Shown one piece after another: positions 53,110 through 64,000 of a stretch of 64,000 nt of DNA. Every line of letters starts with the position of its first letter. Position 1 is the stretch's first letter. A program made the position numbers and the translations under genes. Under the pieces are notes generated by a model. The model ran no database searches. It worked only from the letters and a program-made list of their open reading frames with translations, and was not told where the DNA came from. Source of the DNA: the human T2T-CHM13v2.0 reference genome, Homo sapiens; NCBI RefSeq assembly GCF_009914755.1, contig NC_060944.1. One strand, written 5' to 3'.

Positions 53110-53595
53110 TGACCATTCTTCACTCTCTTGTTGGGCTGTAATTGGGTAGATCTTCTGGATGCCTCTTTAGTTCCTCTTTTACCTCTAGGCTGGAAACTGG
53201 TCCATGTTCCAGTAGACTGAGGCCTAATAGTACCTGAGGTTTCTACTTTAGTCTGTAGGGCCTGTAATACCACATTGCCCCTTGGGTTATATTTCTGCAA
53301 AAGTTTTGTCTTTTCCAAAATTAACTGTGTATTCTGCCTCCATTGTACTTTGAGGAGTGAGACCAAATCCAGTAAGTTTTCTAATATTTATTTTCATAAC
53401 TGGCAGGATAAAATGCCTTCTAAAAGACAAAAAGATTAAGGTGAGACTAGCTCATCCATTAGTAATTTACAGTTTCAGACAGTAACATGTTTATATGGCA
53501 ATATAAAATTATTTGGTGCTCTTTCTGAGTTGATTGAGTGAATATAAATGGAAGGAAAGTCAGCTGGAGGAGAGGGAGAAAGAGAGGGAGAGGAG

Positions 53596-53888
53596 GGCCG
53601 GGCACAGTGGCTCACACCTGTAATCCCAGCACTCTGAGAGGCCGAAGCCAGAGGATTGCTTGAGGCTAGGAGTTTGAGATCAGACTGAGCAACAGAGTGA
53701 GACTACATCTCTACAAAAAATTTTAAAAATTAGCTGGGCATGGGGGCACACACTTGTAGTCCCAGCTACTCAAGAGGCTGAGGTGGGAGGATCACTTGAG
53801 CCCAGGAGGTCAGTGTTATAGTGAGCCATGATCACACCACTGCATTCTGGCCTGGGCAGTGGAGTAAGACCCTGTCTCTAAAAAAATT
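53596..53888 (+). mobile_element. AluJ
   Basis: Diverged dimeric Alu. Confidence 0.85.
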
Positions 53889-55416
53889 TAATTAAACTAG
53901 AAAGAAAAAAAGAGGGAGAGCAACTCTTTAATATAACTTAGGAGAAGTGGTTCACTATAGAACTATATCTTTGTTACCCATAACAAAAATATGGGCAATT
54001 ACGTCTTGGGAGGTTTTAGACTATGCATATTTACATAAAAATAATGGCTCCTCAAGGGCCATTATGAATTACTGAAAAATAAAATATTCATTGCTGTAAA
54101 ACTGAAATTAACCTACATAAAGTTTTCCTGGAGTCTACATCTATAGAATACATTTTTGTTGAGGAGAGGTCTGCCTGGGAGTTGGTACGCTCTAATATTC
54201 ACTATAAGTAATTAAAAATTGAGCATCTGCAGAAGAATGCCTCCTCTCAGAGCAAAGTCAGCCAAATCTCTCAGAATAGCAGAAGCAGAACCAACTTAAC
54301 ATTTCATGACTCCTGAGGATGAGCACAGAGAGAAGGGCCAGGGAGATGCAGCAGGAAGAGAAGGGGAGGGAGAGCTCAAAACACAGCACAGGACTGCTTC
54401 TAGGTTCTCAATATCAGCATTTCTGGCCTGACAGTGGTGTGATTTCAGGGTCTTGGCCACCACGTCTGGCTTGGTGCTGGAAATTCTACATATTTATGTA
54501 CATATTTTGTAATAAGACCAAACTTCAAAAGTCCCTAGAAGGAGTGCCATATGAAGAAGGCTTTTTCAGGGGAAGAGGAGAAAAAAGTTGTGAGTATCAA
54601 GGCACCAGAGGTGGAAAGAAGTTGCTACTAAGAGGTGGAAAGAATCCCAACAGAAAAGGATGCAGCCCTGACATCTCAGCGACCCACTGCTTCTCACAAG
54701 TGCTGGAGGAGGGAAGGGCCACACTGCCTGTACTCCCACCAGGTACCCCATCAGATTTCTCCACGGTTACCCCCAGGTTCCCTTCTGCTTTCAGGATCAG
54801 AGAAACCCCAAACCTCCTCCAATCTTTTTCATTAGTCCTATCCAAGTGGTATGGATGAGGGAAATGGGCAAGGAACCAGCAGCATCTGCTGCAGGGTGTG
54901 CCTGTGTGTGTGTGCACGCGCACAGGTGTGTGTGTGCATATGCGTGAGAACATGTGTGTGAAATATCTCCGTAGTCTCTTCTGGAGCCTGAAATCAAAGG
55001 AGACTGGAGCATGCTCTTATCCTGCCACACTGACATAGTCTTTCTGCTATCAGTTTAATGAATAGGTATTAAATAAAGGATTAAGAAAATGAGTAAAATG
55101 AAGAGAGTGTTCTCTCAGTGGGTTTCAGGCTCTTTCTCTCTGCCTTATCTGTGCATTACCACTGAGTAACTAAGAATAACCTTTGGCCCTAGGTCCAAGG
55201 CTTGAGCATATGTGTGAAGTAAGTGAAGCATGGTTTGGTCTTTTTCTAGCAGCCGTCTACCCAAAGCATCCCAGAATCGAGACACCCATTCTCCCTCCAA
55301 CTCTGGGGTGGGGGTTGCACTAGGTGGAAATGTTATGTCACAAAAGCATCAACACCCAAACAATCCAAATTCAAATCCCAGTCCCCGGTACGACCATTTC
55401 AGAAACCTGGTAGTAT

Positions 55417-56300
<884 letters not shown>

Positions 56301-58168
56301 TTAAGAAGTGAACCAAAAACAAATCTCAGCCTGCTTCTTTCCACCAAATGTTTTGATCATAAACAAAATACTTCACGTTTTTAATTTTAACCTCATATCC
56401 TTCACTTGTAAAGAGGGTGTTAAGAGTCTTCAGCAGTCAGTTTCACAACATTTTTTTGTAAAAATCCAATGTGCAGCATCTGTGAAAGTGCTTTGGAAAC
56501 TTTAAATTGTTCTACGAACTGAGTGTGACTTTCGGGGCGGGACATAAAAAAGACCTGCAAGCACCCTTCATTCTAGATCCTTTCCAAGTGATATGTGGCA
56601 AACTACAGATTTGTCAAGAGATTTGGCTCTTATCAATTCATCAGACCCAAAGCATAGTTATCCTATTTCTCAATATTAGTTGCTTGATTTTTCTCCAATT
56701 ATAAGAAGTGAGACTGTTCATCTGACCATCGCATTATATGTAAACTCCAGATTTTTAGACGAACATCCCCTGCTTTGTCACACCTGAATGGTTGTGGCTC
56801 TACCTCTCGCCTTCCCTTGAGAAATGTTAATTTTTACTAATAGGTATCTGCATGCAAGTCGTATGGAGTTATCTTACCCATAATTTGGTAGATTTTAAAA
56901 AATGATTTCCATCCTCTCTTTGGATGAAAGTTTGGTTTCTGATTTCTTAATTATGTTCAAGTGCATCAGGAATCTGACCTAAGAAACCAGGTACTAAATG
57001 TGTTCTAGGACCAAACTACCCAACGAAAACTACTTGTTGACATAGTGCCCTTTATTAGGAAAACACTTAAATTCACAAGAGATCAATATTTATCCTGTTG
57101 GCCAGAAACCCATGGACTTCTGTAAACGTCCATTTGCAGGTCAGCAGTTTCCAGAGTGGTGCCAGTTTCACTGGATGTGGTGCTCTCTTGCCCTCCATTT
57201 CTGGAACAGGAGTCTAACCTACACCTCCCTCAGCTTTACTCGCTGACTGGCTGGTGAACTCTGCTAGAGTAGGCAGAGCACCATTAATGTTGTGATTGAT
57301 CATGTAGCTTGTTATGACCAAAGAAATATGTATTTACCACTGTGCTTGACACCTAATCAGCATTCACACATGCAAATGAAATGAATTTGTGAATTTTAAG
57401 AGAAAATCTAAATTCAATACCTCTACTCCTGGGTGGTTTTGATCTACATGGCATTTATTTGTTGGTTTGCTTTTCAGTTCCCTCCCCTGCTCTTTTCTGT
57501 GTCACTGAGGGGACTGGCTCTTGCAAACTATATTTCCCAGGCTTCTCTGTCAATTGTTCCCAGGTAGGTTCAGCCACCAAAAGGCACTAGCACTAAAGAG
57601 AAGAAGCCAAGGTATTTCTGCCCCTTTCTCTTCTTGGGAGGAAGGGGATGCATCTCTAGCAGTGGCTGCGTCTCTTCTGTACTTCCAGCTCCCATCATAC
57701 AGCCCCTCCTCCCCATGGCCCCAAATCCCACCTACCTAGCTGGCAGAGGTTCCCACTCCTACCAAGTGGCTAATGTTTCTGGGCTCCGGGTAGGCTCATC
57801 CTTTCTTTATCCTTCCATCCCTATGGGCGTAGCAGCGCCTGCAGTTGCTAATCTTTGGGTTTTCTCACTTTCTTCTTTTCTTCCCTTTTTCAACTTTTCT
57901 GTGTATTGTTTCCTGTATCAAATTCCCTCTGTTGGCTTCATTTTCCCAGCTGGACTCCTCTGATGGAAAATCTATCTCAGGAGCCATGTACAAAACCATG
58001 ACTTATTCTAAAGCCTAGTTCCGAAAGGAGGTATGTTTGTTTTCCCCCTTAATTATTTGAGAGCATTTCTGAAAGATACTCTTTCCTATGTCTTATTTTC
58101 CTGGTATTTTGTAGTATTTGAAATAAGATTATATTCAGAACATTAACAGCAATCAAAAAGCTAAGTCT

Positions 58169-59440
<1,272 letters not shown>

Positions 59441-60355
59441 TGTGGGAACTGGCTGTAGGCCAGGGTTGCCTTTTTTTTCTTCATTCCAATTGACAAAAAT
59501 AAAGAGATCTTTCCTGCTTCAGGACTTGATGAGTAATGAACTCAGACCAAGCCCCCAGCCTGAGAAGCCACAAGATGATGTTAACATTGTTTAACTCCAT
59601 GCTTTTCAAGGGAGCAAGAAGAGAAGGAAATCACTGGAAAGTCGAGATGCAGATGCTCCTGGAAGGTGGTAACTTTAAAGAATTGTTGGCAATCAGCGCA
59701 TCTTAAAGAGTATTAGAACCCTTATATAATTTCAGCTCTAGAGGAAAAATTGCTTGCAGATCTGCAGTCAAAGAACAGCCCTCACTCAACAGCTTCTTTT
59801 TCTGTACCTTCTGCTCTACAGAGGTTTTAAACAGACTCTTTTGTGCCCCAAATATTCTTTTTTCAATTTTAAAAGTATTTCAGATTTCAGAAAAATGCAA
59901 AAATAGTAAAAAAAATTCCCTTATACCTTTCTCCTCAATTCCCTGAATGTTAACATTTTGCCATACTTACCTTAGCATTCTCTTTTTCTCTATCTTTATA
60001 TTTTTTTCTAAAAATGTGAAAGGAAGTTGTACATATGATACCCTTTTACACCTAGTTACTTCAAGATGTGTTTCCTAAAAACAGGGACATTTTCTTACAT
60101 AATCACAGTACAATTTTCTTTCTCTCTCTCTTTCTTTGTTTTTCTTTTCTTTTCTTTCTTTCTTTCTTTCTTTCTTTTTTTTTTTTTTTTTTGTATTTTT
60201 GGTAGAGACATGGTTTCACCATGTTTCCCAGGCTGGTCTTGAACTCCTGAGCTCAGGCGATCCACTCGCCTCAGTCTTCCAAAGTGTTGGGATTACAGGC
60301 GTGAGCTTCCACACCCGGCACACAGTACAACTTTCAAAATCAGGAAATCAACACT

Positions 60356-60415
60356 AATACAATACAATACAATACAATACAATACAATACAATACAATAC
60401 AATACAATACAATAC
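60356..60415 (+). repeat. (AATAC)12 pentanucleotide microsatellite
   Basis: 12 perfect units within an antisense L1MC-like remnant. Confidence 0.95.
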
Positions 60416-61733
60416 AGTAACCTATAGATCTTATTCAACATTTATCCATTGTTCCACTAATATCCTTTTTAAGTCCATTCTTTTAACTGTTCTGTGGCTG
60501 TGGTCTTGGTGAAATACTTTCCAGCTTTTTCAGGAAGATGTAGCCATTCATTCAGCACATACAAAAAGAATTTGAACCTCATTAATTTTCAAGAAAAGTA
60601 AACTGAAACCTCGCTTGAGCTGTGCATGCAGACATCTTCATTCCCTGAATGAAGAGAACCCAGTGAAGTCTCACTCCGTTCCACAAAGCCTGTGTTATTC
60701 CTATTCTGTGCAGGTCACCTGCCTGCTGCTGCTTCCCGATTCCTCATTAGGCTGAGGGAACCCACATCAAAAATATCCTGGAAGATGCTTTCGTCTTTTT
60801 CTCACACATCATAACAAAAATACTTTACTGTCTCAATTTGAAAGCAAGAGAGGATGCACAGGGTTTGTAGCATCGACTATTTCTTACTAGCAGGTTATTA
60901 CACGACCCACCCCTGAGACTAAGGCTGTGTTGTAAAGGAGTAAAGACCAAAGGGTAACAACCTGAATGAATGCTCATTAGAAAAGGAACTGGTTAAATAC
61001 ATTCTATTGTATCCATTCAATGTAATACATCATTCAAAAGAAGATGCAGCTGTATATGTTCCAAAATAAGTCAAACCTAAATTATAGGAGTAGTAAAGTT
61101 GTGTTGACTGAAAGAGGAATTGAGGAACTTGAGATTTGGAAATAAAGGGAGAAGGGAGACTTTTATAGTAAATCCTTTTGTACCGTCTGATTTTTTTTTT
61201 AAACCATGTGTATATGTTATGTATTCAGAGAGGGAGGAGGAAGAGAGACAGAGAATCATGAATAGGAGATATAATCATGGATAGGTAGATGGATATGCAG
61301 ACAAAAAGAAAAGTTTGAGAGAACAGCAGGTCCCATATTCTCCGGCTGCACTTTTAACTTTTAAAGCTATCACTGTCTTTTCCATTTTCCCTGACCAACC
61401 ATTTAGTTCTCTCTCGGTAGCAGGAGTGTTTTCCTCAGCTAGGTCGAGGAGACACAAACAGACCTCGTCACGCACACATCTCAGCACACAGGCATATAGT
61501 CTCAAACACACGGTTTTAGATTTGATGGTGTGTGGGGGGAGATGGGGAGCAGGCTGAGGCACTCGAAGCGGGACCTCCCGCCTCCCCTACCATCTCAGAT
61601 CTGCACTACTCCCCTCGGCCGTCCATTCTTTGGCCCGCCTTTCCCCCACCCCCGCTCCAGACCCTGCACACCAGGCGACTGGACTGGCGTAAATTTCCGC
61701 CCATTTGCGTCGCCGCCTGGGGGTGCTGCTTCG

Positions 61734-61741
61734 TGACGTCA
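61734..61741 (+). promoter_or_regulatory. CHGB: cAMP response element (CRE)
   Basis: Perfect palindrome TGACGTCA about 70 bp upstream of the TATA-like box; granin promoters are known to be CRE-driven. Confidence 0.92.
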
Positions 61742-61808
61742 GGGCTGAGCTAGGGGGCGCCCGCTCCTGGCTGCCCGCTCCTCCCGGCCCTGCGGCCCCC
61801 GCCTGCCC

Positions 61809-61816
61809 TTTAAAAG
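61809..61816 (+). promoter_or_regulatory. CHGB: TATA-like box
   Basis: TTTAAAAG in a GC-rich context, about 150 bp upstream of the ATG. Confidence 0.75.
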
Positions 61817-61964
61817 AGCGGGGCCTGCGCCGGCCGCGCCACACCGCGGGGACCAGGAGGCACGCTGGTTTTCCGGGGCCGCTCCATCGCGCCTTCCTCC
61901 TGCGCCTCGCTTCTCCGGTCCAGCCGCCATCTTCCTTTCCGCACAGGGGCCGCCGAGCGGGGCC

Positions 61965-62013
61965 ATGCAGCCAACGCTGCTTCTCAGCCTCCTGGGAGCC
62001 GTGGGGCTGGCGG
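61965..62013 (+). CDS. CHGB: Chromogranin B (secretogranin-1), coding part of exon 1 (signal peptide)
   Basis: GGGGCC-ATG; encodes MQPTLLLSLLGAVGLA plus 1 nt, the CHGB signal peptide; donor GTGAGT at 62014. Too short for the ORF track. Confidence 0.96.
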
Positions 62014-62034
62014 GTGAGTGGGCGCGGCGGGCCG

Positions 62035-62055
62035 GTCAGCACCGCGGACAGCGCC
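62035..62055 (+). promoter_or_regulatory. CHGB: RE1/NRSE (REST-binding site) in CHGB intron 1
   Basis: GTCAGCACCGCGGACAGCGCC versus consensus TTCAGCACCACGGACAGCGCC (19/21). Confidence 0.9.
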
Positions 62056-63934
62056 AGCCTCGCTCTTCCCCGCCGCTCCCGCAGCCAGGCTGGCGGATCC
62101 CGGGAGAGAGGGAGGGTTGAGGGGAAGGTTTACCTCTTGCTTCGTTTCTTCTCCTCCCTGGGTGTTTTCCTTCAGCTCCTCCCACCCGTTTGACTTGGAA
62201 AAAGCTAGAGGGCTTCCTAGCCCAACCAGGGGAGCCTCAGTCTTTCTGTATCTGAGTTTTCCTCTAGATAGGAAGGAAGAAAACGTGCCATACCTGCAAG
62301 GAAACCTCACATTTTGTATTCGCTTCTAAGATGTCACACTCTCTCTGCCCGTCTAGAGAGATTCTGTTGTCTGATTCTGTATCTGTTTGGCTTTTTAAAG
62401 CCAGGCGACTACAGAGAGGCAGGAATACATGTATGATGCTATTTAGTGCCTGCATAATTTCCCTTATTATTGTTATTGTCATGTAAGTATGATGAGATAA
62501 AAGTGAGTCCCATATATATATATAAGATATATCCCTTTTTTTAACATGTCCATATATAATGTGTGTGTATGTGTGCTCATGTATGTACAAGTTTAATATA
62601 ATATGTTCCTCTATTTTGTATTTCCATCTCTAGGGACAGGTAATTTCTAATTTCACACTCAAAGGAATTATTTTTTTTTAACCTGTGAAAGCCTCAGCAG
62701 TCCTGAGAACATGTGCTCCTCATTTTTTAGTTATGAATGGAAACCGCAGTATTTTGACTTCTGTACTCCAGGAAAATTATTAGAGTACAAAATAACCACA
62801 AAAGTTCCTTTGGAGTAGTAAAAAAAAAATGTTTTAGCCAATTTAGGAGGATTGAATTTTAAGTAGTAGATATTTGACTGTTTCCCTTTTGTAGGGAAGA
62901 TTGTAGGATTAATCTTTCAAACTACCCTGAATCTCAAACAAATGATCTCTGAAGATCTGAAGTGTGTGTGTGTGCATGTGTGTGTGTGTGTTGAAGTCGA
63001 GTCACCTACCGGTATTGAGATATTGAGACTATTGAGAAGTAAGTATACTAGCACCAAATTAAACTACAGGTTTTCTTCAGCTGTTTTAATGATTTAGAAA
63101 ATTGTCCATATCTGAGATTGAGACTCCTACCTAGAATTGAGATACTGCCATCCATGAATATGAAGCTTTTATTGGCAGCAATTACTAGATCCAAAAGGTA
63201 GAAACAAAATGAAAGCCAGTCGTAATTAATTTTATTGTAAGCTATATACATTCAGAATTTGCTAAAATTCTTGTCATTCTCACAAATTGTCAATAAATGT
63301 TCTCAATTTCATTAAAGAAAATCAAATGAATATTTATAATTATTTCTGGTCAAAATACTTTCAGAAAAGAATTGCTTTGCTTAGGAGGCTGTAGACCACA
63401 AAAACAGTGACATTTGTGGGAATGATTTAACTATTGTGGTACAATACTTACAGATCTCTTATGTAACAGAATATTTTAAATAAAAGTTTATATTTTAATA
63501 GCAGCTAAAATGAAGACATAATCTTTTTAAAAATTGAGCTTAATTTGTATATCATATAATCCACGCTTTTAAATTATATAGTTCAGTGGTTTTTGGTATA
63601 TTCGCAGATTGTGCAACTATTACCACTATCAAATTTCAGAACATTTTCATCACCCCAGAAAGATACCACAAACCCATTAGCAAGCACCTCTCCATTCCCA
63701 CCTCCCCACAGCCTCTGGCAATGAGACATGTTAGACTTCAAGTAGAGCTGGTAATTTGCAAAATTACAGGGCTGGGGGAAGCCTCAAGAAACCATCTAGC
63801 TCATTCACTTATCCTTAAGAACTTCTGAAAGATATGCACAACCTTCTATGGAAGCTATTGTGCACTCTAAAAATTAATATAAGGGAAGTAGTAAAATGAT
63901 ATCCATATTATTCTAGGTAAAATGGTTTCTTTAT

Positions 63935-63939
63935 CTTTC

Positions 63940-63977
<38 letters not shown>

Positions 63978-64000
63978 TTGAGACAGAGTCTTGCTCTGTT
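63935..64000 (-). mobile_element. Alu (tail end, truncated by the window)
   Basis: (CTTTT)n and poly(T), then GAGACAGAGTCTTGCTCTGTT. Confidence 0.85.

Larger units (their letters stand above)
61560..62110 (+). promoter_or_regulatory. CHGB: CHGB CpG-island promoter / exon 1 region
   Basis: Abrupt rise in GC and CpG content around the CHGB start codon; GC boxes. Confidence 0.9.

Noticed and set aside
54319-54858. 179-aa ATG-initiated ORF in unique DNA
   Set aside because: No recognisable domain, composition or splice context; compatible with chance.
61532-62329. Several Arg/Gly/Pro-rich ORFs on both strands
   Set aside because: Stop-poor CpG-island sequence; the real coding part is the 49-nt CHGB exon 1.

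Overview
Human genomic DNA. From the encoded proteins I recognise it as 20p12.3. It holds the end of a long SHLD1 (C20orf196) intron and the last SHLD1 coding exon (13380-13819, +), about 47 kb of repeat-rich intergenic DNA, and the CpG-island promoter, exon 1 and start of intron 1 of CHGB (ATG 61965, +), with a CRE, a TATA-like box and an intronic REST/RE1 site. Repeats include about 40 Alu copies (one a young AluYb8), L1/L2/MIR relics, MaLR/ERV LTRs, a HERV-K LTR5 solo LTR with a perfect 6-bp TSD, MADE1, MER20 and a U1 snRNA pseudogene. Most ORFs in the six-frame track are Alu/L1 or low-complexity artefacts. The most notable unexplained signal is a chain of about 14 exon-like segments in the non-repetitive islands between SHLD1 and CHGB (15067-44695, +). 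Spliced by hand they give about 900 codons that start with a signal-peptide-like sequence and contain many premature stops. This is a candidate decayed (unitary) pseudogene of a secreted protein that I cannot name. It is an inference from manual reading and needs cross-species alignment. Repeat subfamily names and boundaries are approximate, assigned from memory of consensus sequences.
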